Source: the human T2T-CHM13v2.0 reference genome, Homo sapiens. Taken from it: a DNA stretch of 64,000 nt. The stretch is from NCBI RefSeq assembly GCF_009914755.1, contig NC_060929.1. One strand, 5' to 3'. Below the pieces are notes generated by a model. That model did not search any database. It had not been told where the DNA came from and was given only the letters and a program-made list of their open reading frames with translations. Numbering within the stretch: position 1 is the first letter of the stretch; every line of letters starts with the position of its first letter. This document shows, piece by piece, positions 42,927 through 62,831 of the stretch. The position numbers were made by a program, and so were the translations under genes.

Positions 42927-44329
42927 CTAAGAGGGAGGGAAAAATGATGGACTTTGTCTTAATATATCTCTGAATTGTTTAACTTGTTACTTCAGTAACA
43001 ACTTGTAAACCTTTAAAAGCTCCTGTGAGATTAAAGATTTCGTGTCATTTCACGAAAGGGAAGGAAGTCTTGGGAAATCTACTGGCCAAAATGACTTGGC
43101 CCAGGGAAAACCTGTTGTTACAATGGATGAAGGGAGCTACTGGGAAGGGCACCCTTCCCAGATGGGCCCTTCTCTTAAGAGTTCCACTACTGGAAGGGTC
43201 TTTGTTCAACAGCTTCATTTAACAGAAGGTAATGCTGAGGACCAGAGAGGGCAAGAGACTGGCCCAAGGTCACACAGCTGAGCCAGGTGAAAAGGGCCTG
43301 ACTCCTGACAGTAACACAGGGGAGAGGCCCAGTAACCTTTCCCCTGTATCGCTGCTACCTCCCACCTCTGTGTCAGAGCCATTCCTGCTGGGAGAGACAG
43401 GTAGAGTGCCCCATCTGTTGAGCTTCCTTCTCTTCTGTTGTTCATTCTTCCTTCATTCATTTCCTAAGTGACCTCGCCGTGCCCTGCATGGGAATCCAAG
43501 GTGACTAAAGCATGCTGCTTCCCCAAGAGGCACTCGCAGTTCAGTGGTCTGGGAGCATCTGGCTTCTACCACTAACAAAGGCATTTTCTCTTACTGGTAG
43601 AGAAATGCTCTGAGGCTAATTTTTTTTTTAATGCACTGTTTTGTTTGTTGCTGTCTTAATAGTTGCCATGTTATATTTTATCAGTTTAATGTTCTAATTT
43701 TGTGCTTGGGCCCTGAGGCAATTCAGTGAAGGGTATGATTTGGAAAATGAGGGAAATAAAGAAATTGTCCACAGAAGAGACAGCCTCCCAGGAGCCGAGG
43801 ACAAAGCATAAGTGCCGACAATGAATTTTATTAGGAGCAAAACAAAAACAACCTGTTGCCAGACAGAAGGTATTAGACAATCCTGGTGTGGTTTTGTTTT
43901 CGTTCTTTAATTTAATTCCAGTTCTGCATTTCTTCCAGGGTCAGCCAAGGATGCACAATCCAGTTCCTTCCCCACTGCCTTCCAAAGCCTTCCACATTCC
44001 TGCCTCCAGGCCTAAACTCAGTGAGCACCTTGCCTGCCCTGCCCTCCCTTCTTCTTCAGGAGAGGTCTGTAACCATTCCTGCACTTGCCAATACTTATTA
44101 AGTGCCTGCTGTATGCAGGCACTGTGCAAAATGTTGGAAATAATGCAACCAACAAGGCAAAGGTAAGTCTGCCTTCAGGGAGTTTACATTCTACTAAGGC
44201 ATGCATTCTCAAATGGGGCCTTGATGCCCTCGAGGAAATGAAAACTGGTTCCTGGAGGTGTTGGTGGAAAAAAATCTTAGATCTTACAATGGTTTGTATG
44301 CTCATCATGTACATTCATCACCCATCCAG

Positions 44330-46990
44330 CCACCCAAGCAGAAACCTGGGTGTCACCACCAGTTCCAGCTCCCAGCCCTCTCTGATCTCAGGGGTCCCTC
44401 ATAAGGCCTGGCCCGTGAAGGATTCCACTCTCTCCCTGCAAACATCCATCTGCCTTGCTTCCCTCGCTACCCAGTGTAGATCCCAGGACCCAGAATTTTA
44501 GCATCTCTTTGCCAATACTTTAGACTCCTGTGCCCTTTTTTCCCCACCCATCTGGCAAAGCCCTAGGCCTGGATAAATCCCACTATGTACATACATCTCC
44601 CCAGCCTGCAGCTGGGTAGGTGAGCCCTGATGGAGGAATTCACTCAGCAGGACAGGACGAGACACACATACACTAAGGACCACCAACCTCAACTGGGGAG
44701 CCAAGGCTGTCAGGCAATTGGGGATTTTGTGGGCAAGTTGCTTCTCAACACTCTGAATGATCATTCTTTCAAACTCCTCACCACCTCTTCTTCACTCTCA
44801 GCAGAAGACCTTGCCTCCCACTTTGCAGAAAAAATAGAAGCTCAAAATGAAATCTCCCTTAACATCCCACTATAAACCTACATCTACATCTGCACCCATC
44901 CTCTCTTTGTTCCTGCTTTTGGGTTCTAGAGAACTCATCCCTCCTCCTCCCCAAGACGAACCCCCCCAACCCACATGCCTGATCCCAGCCCCTCGCACAT
45001 GCTTGAGAGAACTTTACTCGCTGATTATCTCCCCTATTTCTTACACTCTTGGTTAACCTCTCTCTCCTGGATCTGCCATTCACTTTTAAACAAATCTCAG
45101 GTTTCTTCTACCTTGAAACACACCTCCCCTAACATACATATTGGCCCTAGCACTTTATCTTTCTCGTCCTTTTTATACAAAAACTTCTCGAAAGACCCAC
45201 TGCCTCCCTCATCCCTCCTGCACTCATCAGACCACTGCCATCTGACCCCCTCCATCATGCCACACATAAATAGCCCTCCCTAAGTCCCCAACAATCTCCA
45301 CGCCTGTCCATAAACCAAAGCCCAGGGCTGCACCCTCCTCCTATCTGACCTCTCAGAGCATTCCCTCCATCAAGTCTTCCCAGCTTTCTAAAATGTCTCC
45401 CTTGGCCTCCTTCCATAAGCCCACTCTCCTGGGCTTTCTCCAAGCTGTCCAGCCACTCCTGATCAGCCTTTGCAGGCAGATCCTTTTGTACACAGCCCTA
45501 ATCTGTAGATGTACCTCAAAACTTCATCCTGGGCCATCTCTCTTCTCTCTCCACATTCTTCTCCCTGGGTAAGCTTCTCCTCATCCACAGCCGCAATTAT
45601 CATCTGTCTATCGACAACTTCTCATCTTCATCTCTAGCCCAGACCTCCACGCCACGTCCAAACCCAGGTTTCCAAGAACCTTCTCAACATCTGCATGTGG
45701 TGACTGTAAGGCATTTCAAGCTCAAGATGTCTAACATAGAATATATACTTTCACCTCTCTGTCCACATCCTCCTCTCCTCAATCAAACCACCCCCCTGTC
45801 TCAGTCCTCTTCTAGTTTTTTCTATCTCAGTGAAAAATACTGCCTACTTGTTTGCACAGAAACCTCAAGGTCCATTCTGACATTGCCTTTTCCTTCCCCT
45901 CCCATTCCAACACACCTCTGTGAAAACTTTAGTTCCTGATTAACTCTGGGAACCTTCCACTCTCTTCAACTCCACTGCCACCAGCACCCTCCCCGCTGCC
46001 CCCGCCACCTACCACCCGCCCCCCCCCCCCCACATACACTGTCTTCTCCCTGGATGCCTGCCTGCACTCCTAACCCTGACTTGTCTTCCCACATCTACTC
46101 ATACCCACCAGACACACTCCACTCTCCACTGGGCAGGCACACAGGTCACAGTAAAATTCAGATTTCATCCTGTACCTCTTGGGCTTACACCGTCAGTGGC
46201 TTCCAATGGCTCTTAGGATGGAGGAAAAAAAACCCTGATGTGGCCAATCCTTCACATGGAGTCTGCCCTCTGCCCACCTTCTACACTCCCCAGTCCCCCT
46301 GCTCTCCCTCCGGACTATGCTACAAAGGCCTTTTTGTGTCTATTCTCTCAGCTGTACCTTCTGCCCTAGGCCCTTTGCACAGGTTCTTCCCTCTGCTCAG
46401 GTTTCTTCTCTCTGACTCTCCCTTACACACAGTTCTGGTTTCCTCATAACCATTAATTTCTCAGGGAATCCTTCCCTAACTCCCAAGAAAAAAATAGATC
46501 CCTCCTTCCTGTTATATGCTTTCACAATAATAGCACACACGCACACAGAGAGCGCTATTGTTCAGAGCTCCTCTAAGCATTTCTGCTGAGAATTCATTTA
46601 CTCCTTATGACAACCCAGTGAGGTAGAAATTATAATTATCTCCATTGTACAGATAAAGAAACTGAGTCACAGTGACTTGCCCAAAGTCACCTAGTTAATG
46701 AGGCAAAGCCAGAATTTGAACCCAGGCAGTGTGACTCCAGTGCAGCTTTTAAACACTATATTATTACATAAGAAAACACTATCCTTTTCCTTCCTGCACT
46801 TACCCGCTGTTTGTAACACTGTATTGTATGACTATTAGTTTAGTATGTGTCTCCTCCGTTAGACTGTAAGCTCTATTGGAGTAGAGACAATTCCATCACT
46901 AGACTGTAAGCTCTATAGGAGTAGAGACTATTCCATCCCCAATGGTAGGTACTCAATAAATATTTGCTCAAGAAAATGGGAAATGTTGAA
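44330..46990 (+). mobile_element. Long L2 fragment (ORF2 remnant to 3' tail), interrupted by a MIR (~46560-46770)
   Basis: Pyrimidine-rich L2 body; SLSAEDLASHFAEKIEA remnant near 44790-44842; tail ctcaataaatatttg. Confidence 0.75.
46860..46939 (+). repeat. 40-bp tandem duplication, 2 copies, 37/40 identical
   Basis: tagactgtaagctctattggagtagagacaattccatcac / tagactgtaagctctataggagtagagactattccatccc. Confidence 0.95.
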
Positions 46991-48009
46991 TGTGTACAGA
47001 CACATAACATTTTCCATTCAAGTTCAAGACAAAGATAACCACATACCTGGACCTCCTAGGGTTAGGGACTCCTGCGCCCGTAAGAAACATGCTGCCCTCA
47101 GATTCTCAATGGGTCGGTGAAGTTAAGAACAGCTCACTCTAACATTCTCCAGCCTACCTCACCTTTTCCCTGCCATCCTTCCCTCAACAACTACAACAGC
47201 CTCACATTTAGTATTAATGGTATGTGCTTTGGTTTTAGCAATCTTTTAAAAACACAAAACAGGGTCAACCTCCTCGGAAAAGCCAGTCAGAGACTATCTA
47301 ATGCCCTCAGAGCAAAGTCCAAACTCTGTTGGGGGTGGGGGAGTTGTAGGCCTTGTCTACTTCTTCATCCTCATGTGCCCTCATTTGTTCCCTCTTCCCC
47401 ACCTCACCCCACCCCACCTGGACAGCCCAGCAGCGCAGACTAGGGGTTCTGGGTTTAGGGTTCCCAGGCAATAGCAGGGTGTTTTCTCATGCCTAGACTC
47501 ATGCAGTGCCCTCTGCCAGTCCTCTCCTTTGCACCCAGCAATTTCGGGTGTCTTTATGCCTCAGCTTAGATATCTCTCTGGGGTTCGGTGCTCCTCCTTG
47601 GGGCGCCCATAGGCTGCATCTGTCCCTGACAAGGCACACAAGATATTGAACTATAGTTGCTTGGTTACGGACAGTCGTCTCTGTGAGCTTTGAGGGCAAC
47701 TGCCATGTATTATGCATCTTTTGAATCCCCCTAGCCTAGCCGGGTGCTAGCCCAAGTTAGGTGCTTATTACAGATTTGTTCAGTTAGCGAATGAATCAAT
47801 GAATAAACTGGCAATTCGTGTCTGGTTCATGGGCACCAAAAACCGTGCGAAATGGATAAATGAGCAGGTAATGGCAGTACAAAGTTCGGATCTAGAGAAA
47901 GATCCAGATTAGGGAGTTCAGAGATGAGTAAAACGCAGACCCAGCCATCAGAGAATTAACAAGGAAGATAAATCTCTTCAAGAAGCCAGCCGGAAGGATT
48001 AAAAGAGAG

Positions 48010-50054
<2,045 letters not shown>

Positions 50055-51273
50055 CTAAGTAGTCAGATCCCTTTGCCCTGTGGTGTAGGCTCTGCTGCTA
50101 ATGCTTGCTCTCAGAACCTCCTGGAGGGACTAAAGGGTGATGGGCCCTAAGACGTTATGTATGCTTTTCCCAGTTTCTCTGAACCTCACTTGCTCTTCCT
50201 ACCGCAGCTATGGTACTTCACAGATAAGGGGAGCAAGAGATAGTACCCATCTTCATTGGAGCAAAATATCCTGCCGTCATGGAGCACACATTCTAGTAGG
50301 AGCAGACAGGTGACAAATAGAAAAAGTTTAATAAGTTAATGATATAGTATATCCAATGATAGTTGGTGCTTGCTATAAAAGGCAGGCAAGGGGGATAAGG
50401 GATGTCAGACTTCGATTATAAGTAGGGTAGTCAAGGAAGTCTCATTGAGAAGGTGTCATTTGGGCAGAGACCTGAAGGAAATGAGGGAGTGAGCTGTGTA
50501 GTTAACAGGGGAGAGAACATTCCAGACAAGAAGAATAGCAAGGCCGCGTTAGAGGCAGGGTGGCCTGACACATTTGAGGACAGCAAGGAGGACACTTTGC
50601 CTGAGGTGGAGCAGAGGGAAACTGACTCTTGAAATCTTAGTGTTACCGGCTCACTGCTGGGCACTGACAGATGGTCTTGTTCAAACCAGATAGCAGCCTG
50701 CAAGGTAGGTATCGCTGTTGTCCCCATGTTAAGAAGAAATCTGAAGTTCGAAGACGTGACGAGATTAGTTCAGTCCACCCGTGCCCCACATTGCTTAGCC
50801 TCATTAGAGTACTTGATATCCTGGCTTATTGACATTTACAGAGACATTGGGCCCTCTGGCCTCTGCTCCAAAGGCCTGGATTCCACCTGGTTCCCTCTGC
50901 TTCCACCAAGGGACTGGTACCATTTGGGCCCAGTCTTCTCCCAGCAGACTAGTAGACTGTGGTCATGCCACCTGGATGCCTCAGGTGTCTGGGCTGTGAT
51001 TCGTGCTTTGGGAAGATTGGCTGGCCACGTCTTTGAAAGCTTTTTTAAAGGTCAAAGGTGGGGAAAACCCTGTCTCATGGCCTCTAGGCATGGATAGTGC
51101 CAGAGAGGCTGGGAGCTGGATGAATGCTAGCTTGGAACATTCCACCTCTGGCCTTTCAAAGGGGTTGTCTAAAAAGGTTTTAGTTGGGATTGGTTGTTCT
51201 TCTTGTCTCTGGAAGGTTTGGGACAGAACTGGCAGGGCCAAGCAGACATACTTCCCAGAGCAAAAAGACCCTC

Positions 51274-51754
<481 letters not shown>

Positions 51755-52779
51755 TAAGTGGTGGGGCCTATAGGGTGGAGTAGGGACGGACACCCCAAGC
51801 AACTCAGCTTGGAATAAGCTGGGATACCTATCTGGTCTAAGATCTGTCCCCATAGCCCACTGTGGACACCATTGTTGCCTCCAGAAAGCCAGCTCACATC
51901 ACATGGATGGGTATTTCTGTGTGGATATCTGGTAGTGGGAGGGGACATTGAGAGCTGTGATCTCTTAAGAACAAGAGCTTCTCACCAGCTTGTCAGTTGC
52001 TCAGCAAACGTATATTGAGCACCTCCTGAAAGCCAAGTCCTGTTCTTACTTAGTATGCAAATATTGTCACAAGTGAGACAGACATGGTTCCTTCTTTCCT
52101 GCAGCTGACATTGTAGCCAAGGAGGTAGGCATAAGTCAAAGAATGAAACAAATGAATGTTAAATTACAGTGGTAGTAAGGATTACAAAAGAGAGGAATCT
52201 GTTGCCACAGCCACATAAATGGGTAAGTCTGGCTTCATCTGGGGGTCCAGGGGAAGCTTCCCTGAGGTGATCTTTGACTTGAGAGCTATAGGAATTGGAG
52301 GAGTGAACTATGCAGTGGGTAGAGAGTGGCAGGTGGAGTGTACCTGCCAGTGGAAATTGCTAATGCTAAGTCCTGTGGCTGGTGGACAGTACAGATGGGG
52401 CTAGGTCATCGCATGGATAGCCATGCATGGGCTGGTTATCCATGGTGAGGAATTTTGTCTTTATCCAAGAGCAGTGGGGCCATGGTAGGGTGAAAAAGTG
52501 AGGAGATTGCTCTGCACCATGGTGAGACTGGTGGGGCCATGGTCACCATCGTCCAGGCAAGAGCTGATGGGGCTTGACACAGGGAGAACAGGGTAGAAAG
52601 TGGATTCCCAAGAATCATAGGGATGAAACCAGGGCCTGTGGATGGGTGGGAGAGGAAGTATCTTATTGACTCCACATCTAACTTGTGTACCCATGCATAG
52701 AGCTTGAAGGGAACTCAGTTTGGAGGGGAAAGATTTCAATGACATGTTGAGTGTGAGATGCCTTTTAAACATGTAAAAT

Positions 52780-53260
52780 TTATGTACTCTTCAAGGAAGG
52801 GGGAATCATCCAAGGATATATCAACAGAGGAATGGTTGGAAAATGGAGAGAGTAATTGTGTTCTCTTCATGCACTGGCCTGACCACAGCTGACTAAGGGA
52901 GTGAAGGACATGCAGACATATCCCATGAGGAATGGTAGAGAGTACTGAATTGCCTTGGATGGAAAGGAGGCAGGAGAGGGGTGTGAGGGACCACTGCACA
53001 TCTTTGAGGACCAAGAATAGTGCGTTCTCTGAGGCCCCGGAGACAGAAGTGGGCCCCAAATGTACCTGCTTCAGGAAGACAGGTTTCAGCTTCTGAATAT
53101 AATGACATCAGAGCTATCTAAAAATGAGGTGGGCTAGGTGGAAGTGGTGGGCTCCCTGTCATTAGAGGTGTGTAAACAAAGGCAAAAATGGTGTGGAAGG
53201 GATTACAGCCTCTGGTGGAGAGCTAAGGTCATTGAAAACCCTGCCAACCCTCAGTCCTCT
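52780..53260 (+). mobile_element. L3/CR1 fragment in intron 2
   Basis: gcactggcctgaccaca and gtggtgggctccctgtcattagaggtgtgtaaacaaaggc resemble CR1/L3 RT and 3' end. Confidence 0.55.
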
Positions 53261-54562
53261 GCTGCTAAGGAGAGCTTAGAGCACAGGGCACAGCCCACAC
53301 TTCCTCACCCTGACTTGCCCAGGTGAGTGGGTGTTATTCGTAGTACTTCCTTCCCCCAAAAAACTGCTTCAGTGAGCTACTCTGCACACTCTTCCCTGCC
53401 ACTGGCCCCTTCTATGGGTGAGGGGGACAAGGACCTCAAACCCACGAAAGGCAGCCTAGCCTAGCAATTCCCTGCAGAGTTCAAACCCAGCAACTAGCTG
53501 TATGTATGACCTTGAGTGGATTTCTTGGCCTCCCTGAGTCTGTCTTCACCTATAAAATGAAAATAATGATGGCAATTATCTCATTGCATTGTGAGGGTTA
53601 GACACAGTGCTCCATATAAAGTGCTAAAACTACCGGTTGGAGGCTCCCCGACTTCCTGCACCCGCCTCAGTATTTATTAAGCATCTACTACAACCCAGCA
53701 ATATTCTTGATATAGCTGGGAACAAACCAGAGAAAAATCCCTGCTCAACATTTTTGTTGGGGGAAAAGAGGCAGAATAAATTGATACATGTAAAAATGAA
53801 ACCTGTTTTTAACAGGAGAATCCTGACAAGTGGCTTTCCTGGGAACAAGGGACCCTACTATCACATCCCAAACCATGACAGAGCAGAGTCCATCGCAGCT
53901 GGGAAACCTGGGGCCTAGACAGTGACTCCCTGGGATGGGGGTCAATGGGCGTGAGACTTCAAAGTCCAGGGCCTCAGCCATCTGGGTGCTTATCCTACCC
54001 ATGCCCTAGACTCACTTTGCCATGAGCAAGTCACTTAGTTGTTCAGTTTTTGAGACATGTGTGAGGCACTGAGGATACTGTAGTGAGCTGCCAGCTGCCT
54101 TCCTCCCTGGGCCTTTCTGTGTAGGGGAGGAGTCTAGGAAGTAAGTAAAATAACAGGAGATAGAGAAAAGCTATGAAGAAAATGAAACAGGATCACAGGG
54201 CAGAGCATGCCTTGGAAGAGGGGCAATCTTCGAGGGCCTCTCTTGGGGGGCTACATTAAAGTTGAGACGGGAAGGACGAGGACCTGGGCAGAGTCTTCCA
54301 AGAAGGCACAGTACACACAGCATGTTCTGCAGGGGGAAGAGCCTGGGCGGTTCTGTGAGGTGCCTGCATGGGTCAGCTCCTATCACTTAAAGACTGGTAG
54401 CTGCTGCAGCTGTTATATAACATTATCCAGCATTCCTGATTATTTTAAAGACTAATCAAGAATTGTAAAAGCACTTTATGAAGTGAGTGAAAATGCAGAA
54501 TACAAAATTGTGCCTATACTGTGTTTTCACCACTGTTTAGATTCTATGCACATTGCCTTTAA

Positions 54563-54847
<285 letters not shown>

Positions 54848-55430
54848 TAGAGTCTACCTCCAGCTTCTTCTCTTATCACTAGAAGACCTAAAAGACCCTG
54901 GGGAGGAGATTGGGAGGGCACCACATATCTTTGGCAGTATTTGAGCCCTTCCTCCGTGCCAGGCATTATATCTCCATGCTCTGGGGGTGCAAGGCCGAAC
55001 CAAAACAACCAGATGGGCCCTTCCAGTCTCATTTGGTGTATGGGGCCCAGGAGCTGCCCTATTACAGGCTCCCAGGTGATTCTTATTAGCTGGAAAGAAG
55101 ACACACGTTCAGAAGTACTGCTGGAGGGATTTCAGAAAGCAGCTAGCGGACACATTTTCTGTGTGACCTGTGGGATGCTTTAGGAATTGCTGATCTTCAT
55201 GTTCATTTAGAATTGTACCCATTAGCACTGGAACGCTGTACTGGGCACTGGTTTTACACCGTTTGCAGGAGTAACTCAGTCAAAGCTTTTATAGCCCCTT
55301 CTTCTCCTAAGGTCCCAGGGCTCCTTGTACTTTCCCCAACAGCAGCCATAACTCTACAGAGGAATTGCTGTGTCTCCTTTGCATCGTATTATCTTCTTTT
55401 GCTTACATAGAAGACACATTTCTTAATACT

Positions 55431-56345
<915 letters not shown>

Positions 56346-56376
56346 TGTAATTTTATTTTTTTAAAAGTCTTCACTG

Positions 56377-56900
56377 GGTTGGGCATGGTGGCTCACACCC
56401 ACCGGTAATCCCAGCACTTTGGGAGGTCAAGGTAGAAGGATCACTTGAGCCCAGGAGTTGGAGACCCGCCTGGGCAACATGGCAAAACCCTGTATCTACA
56501 AAAAATTTAAAATTTAGCCAGGCATGGTGGCGTGTGCTTGTAGTTTCAGCTGCCTAGGAGGCCTGAGGTGGGAGGATTACTTGAGCCCAGGAGGTCAAGG
56601 CTACAGTGAGCCATGACTGTGCCTGCACTCCAGCCTGGGCAACAGAGCAAGACTGTCTCAAAAAAAAAAAAAAAAGGAAGAAGAGTCCTCGTTGGCATCC
56701 TGGGCAACATAGTGAGACTCCGTCTCTGCAAAAAATAAGAAAATTAGCTGGGCATGGTGGCATACACTGGTGGTCCCAGCTACTCAGGAGGCTGAGATAG
56801 GAGAATCATGTGAGTCCAGGCATTGGAGGTTGCAGTGAGCTATGAATGTGCCACTGTACTCCAGCCTGGGCAGCAGAGCAAGACCCTGTCTCAAAAAAAA
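56377..56900 (+). mobile_element. Sense AluJ (56377-56680) plus 5'-truncated Alu (56695-56900)
   Basis: Alu consensus matches with A-tails. Confidence 0.9.
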
Positions 56901-57181
56901 TTTAAAAACGCATCCTCATTGAGAGAGAAACATGCTGAAGTATTTGTGGGCAACGTGGTAGGATCTATGGCATTTTCTTCAAAGTAATGCTTGATGGGGA
57001 AGGGTGAGTGAGATAATACATGAGATGAAAAGATTGGTCACAAGTTGTTAATGGTTGGAGCTGCCTGGTTCTTCCTTTCTATTTACTACTTAAAAATTTT
57101 CCATAATTACAGAAAGAGAGAGATGGAGTGAAGTGCCAGGAAAAGAATTAGATCATGCCATTCATCTCAGCAACATTCTTC

Positions 57182-57495
<314 letters not shown>

Positions 57496-57565
57496 CAACA
57501 TTCTTCTTAACAAAAAGAAATCTGAGATTTAAGGAGACAATACCCTGGTATAAAAGCACTGAGAA

Positions 57566-58124
<559 letters not shown>

Positions 58125-58311
58125 TCATGCTGCGGGGGAGTTGGGAATCCATCAAGGATGCAGACACATAGCTTCATGTTACCATCCTCTTCTCTCTTGC
58201 TCCTGGTGGACCTGGCTGATGCATCACAGAGCTCATTCCTGCAAGTCTGGGCTCAGCCTCAGATCCTCATGCCAGCACCAGGCAGCCAATACCAATAGAA
58301 TTGTTAGGTGA

Positions 58312-58497
<186 letters not shown>

Positions 58498-59256
58498 TAA
58501 GGTGCCTGGTAGGGGACAGTCTTACATGTCAGAGAAGGATAGGGTTGTGAGTAATTGCCCCACCTGGATTCAGAGCTCAACCTGTGTCACCAGTTGTGGG
58601 ATCTTAGTCCCTTCACCTCTCTGGGCCTCAGTTTACTTTTCTATAAAGATAAGGATGATGCCTGCTGCAGTGGGCCACTGGGCACATTCTACACCTGGGG
58701 TAGGCGATTTCTTTCCTCTTTCATGCCTGCGTTCACCCGTTCACTCAACAGATCTTGACTAATACCTGTTATGTTCCAGGCACTGTGCTAGGTGTGGAGG
58801 CACCGTAGTGATCAAGACATCTGTGGTTCTGAAACTCTAAAAGCATTTTCCAAACTGGAAACTGCTCAAAAAACAAGGTGTCATTTTCTAATAATCCAGA
58901 AAGCAGAGTTAGATACATACATGTATAAAGAATTGTGCCTCTGCGATTGCCTGGAGCATTAGCAACAATGTCTCAAAGTAATTATGAAGTAATGATAAGA
59001 TCAACAACAAACTGCTACTTACCACTTAGTAAATAACTACCATGTCCCAAGAACTGGGATTCTGTTTTCTCAACACCTCTGGTGAGAGGAGGTGCTGTTT
59101 TTAACCTCACTTTAAAGATTGGGAAACAGATTGAAGGGGTAGTTTACCCAAACTCACACAGCTAAGAAGTGGTAAGATTGGGTTCAGATGCAAGTGGCCT
59201 GTGCTCTTAGTTCACCATGCCATACCAGATGTGTCTGTCACTCTTGTTCTCTGTAG

Positions 59257-59469
<213 letters not shown>

Positions 59470-60069
59470 TAGTCCCCAGAACTTGGGCTGGTGAGGCAGG
59501 CCTAGGCATTGCTTTAAGTTCTGGGACATTTCTGGAATCAAAAGTTTGTCTCCAGGACAGCCAGGTTCCTGCATCTTAGGACTTTTCTCATCACCTAGAC
59601 GAGGGAGGGTCAGCTTACAGGGACCTGGCCTCAGGCTGAACAGCCCACCTGGTGGTTGGAGCATTTTCTGCTTTATGACTCCCTGGTGAGTTACAGGGAC
59701 AACTGGCAGCTCAGAGACTAAACTGAAAGGCCTGATTTGCCTCTGTTTCCTATGTAGAGTAGACATCTGTCTGGCCTGCATCAGTGGATATGATGGTGGA
59801 TGGAGGTTCTGTAGACTGTCAGGTGCTGGTGCATATTTGTTGGGTCCCCTCACAGCCCTTCCCAGGGCCTCAGAGATGTGTGGGAACATAGGGATGGTGA
59901 TGGTACCCACCTCAGAAGGGGGCTTCACAGCTCAGTGCATGTGAGGCACACGAGGGGTGAGCGCTCAGCACCTGGCTTTGATGAGCAGCTGGTTTGTGGG
60001 GAGGTGCTGGGGAGGGGCAGGTGAGGCTGGAAAGGGAGTCCCTCAGTCCCCTCCGTGTCCGATCCTCAG

Positions 60070-60143
60070 GGATGGTGTCAGCGGGCCAGGCCGACAGCTC
60101 CAGCGAGGACACCTCCAGCTCCAGTGATGAGACAGACGTGGAG
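60070..60143 (+). CDS. TCOF1: TCOF1 exon 6 (contains the SDET210D CK2-type motif implicated in NBS1 binding)
   Basis: Acceptor cctcag|GG; (G)MVSAGQADSSSEDTSSSSDETDVE; donor GAG|gtaatt; 74 nt; numbering from the spliced frame puts T at 210; NBS1 role is established knowledge. Confidence 0.97.
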
Positions 60144-60909
60144 GTAATTGCCACCCATCCCTAGGAGTTGCCCTCTCCCAGCCTCTAACCCTTCCAGGAA
60201 CCTGTCTGGGGCTTCAGACACCAGTGGGCCCAGATGAGTTCAGCAACTGTGGTAGGGTGACCAGGAGCTGGAAAGGCTGCAGCCGGAGAGGGGCAGGGAG
60301 AGGAGTCTGGTGCTGCTTGCTGCACTCTGAGTGTGAGATCAGCCCTGGGGGCAGGAGAGGGACACCCTCCTGCCTGTGAGACTAGACAAGCCTTCCTGGG
60401 AGAGGTGCCCTGGAGTAGGGCCTCAAAGCACAGTGGGCTTCACTGGGAAGGGATGTGGAGGAGGCAGGGCATTCCAGACAGGAAATGGGGCAAGAACAGG
60501 GCCCAGAGGCAACAGTGTGGCTGTCGTGGTCTGGCTAGGGCTGCGGCTGCTGAGAGGGTTCTGGGCCAACTGGTGAATGCCAGGCCTAGACACTTGGCTA
60601 GAGTTGGGCAGGACTCTTGGGTTTGTGAACTTTGACCTGGAAAAGGTCTCCACAGGTTACTTTTTATTGTGTACCTACTAAGTGGCAGACCTGGGGAATA
60701 TAGTGATGAGCAGGACAGGCAGAGTTCCTGCTGCCATGGGGCAAGGGAGCGTCCCTCAGATATTTAATTGGTGATGGCTGCTATGAAGTGGAAATGTAGA
60801 GGGCCACGCAGGGCAGGAACCTGACGTTGATGAGTAGGCGTAAGCAGAAGGAATGGCATGTGCAGAGAAGGCGGCAAAGAGAGTTTGGTGCTTTTAAAGA
60901 ACATTGATC

Positions 60910-61203
<294 letters not shown>

Positions 61204-61212
61204 TGATCTTTA

Positions 61213-61372
<160 letters not shown>

Positions 61373-62483
61373 AATTATGGGGAAAGTGACACAAGATGAA
61401 GTCCTAGGTAGACAGGGGCCAGATCTTCTGTCTGACCTTGAGGACCACCATAAGGAATTTGGGTTTTATTCTAGGGGCTGTGAGAAGCCATGCCAGCAAG
61501 GAGAGATGGCCTGATTTGCATTTAATAAGATTGCTGGCTGCAGCCTGGGTTGGAGGGCAGTGCAGAATAAAAGCAGTAAGACCATGTAGGAGACTATTGG
61601 AGTAATACTGATACTGGCATAAGAGGCTGGGGGCTGGGAGACCAAGGTGTCCACAGTTGGAAAGATGTTTTCAAGGGAAAACCAGCACAAGTCAGGGATG
61701 AACTGATCTGGTGCCCAGGGAACTTCTCACTTTACTGTGCTGCCTGGCCCAGTAACCCTGTGAAGGTTGAAAGCTCACCCCCATCTACCCCAGGCCTTAC
61801 CAAGGGCTGCCCTCCACCTTCCGTCCTCACCCTTGCGCCCTAGATACCACCAGCTGTAAGGACATCCCTGGCTTCTGTCACCCCAGGCCTTGCCAAAGGG
61901 AAGAAGACCACTCCCAGCCCTCCATAAACACACAACCTCAATGGGCTGAGGCTGTGCAGAGCTCCAGTAGCAGACGCCCCAGAAACCCAGGGCCGCAAGG
62001 GGTCTGATGGATCTCAGAGGTAGAAGTAGGGCACTGACTGCCTGGGAAATGTCTGAATTGTGGAAGTGTAGGAAAGAGCTCACAGAGGGAAGGAATTTGC
62101 CCAAGGTGTGGCAAGCCAGTGGCAGAGGTGGTGTTCACATCCTGAACTCCTGGCCCTCAGGAGGGCTGCTGTGATCAGATACTTGAGTTTAAGGGGCAGA
62201 CAGGATGCGCTCTCCTGATTGAGATGCAAGCCCTTCTCTCAGGCCAAGCCCGGTGTGTGCCAGGTGGGAGATGAACGTAATGGTTTTGAGATCTGTTCCA
62301 AAGTCAGACAGTCCAGGGTTCCAGTGGGGCTCTGTCCCTTCATATTGATCATGAGTGATTTTACCTCTTTAAGCCTTGTGTACTTTTCTGGAAAATGGAT
62401 CTAAAGCTAATAGCCGTCTCAGGGAGTTGCTTAAAAATCCAGTGACATTAGGAAAGAGCTTTATCAACTGCTGAAGCCCCTAA

Positions 62484-62831
<348 letters not shown>

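Noticed and set aside
46860-46939. Direct repeat considered as a CRISPR-like array
   Set aside because: Only two abutting copies, no spacers, eukaryotic L2 context
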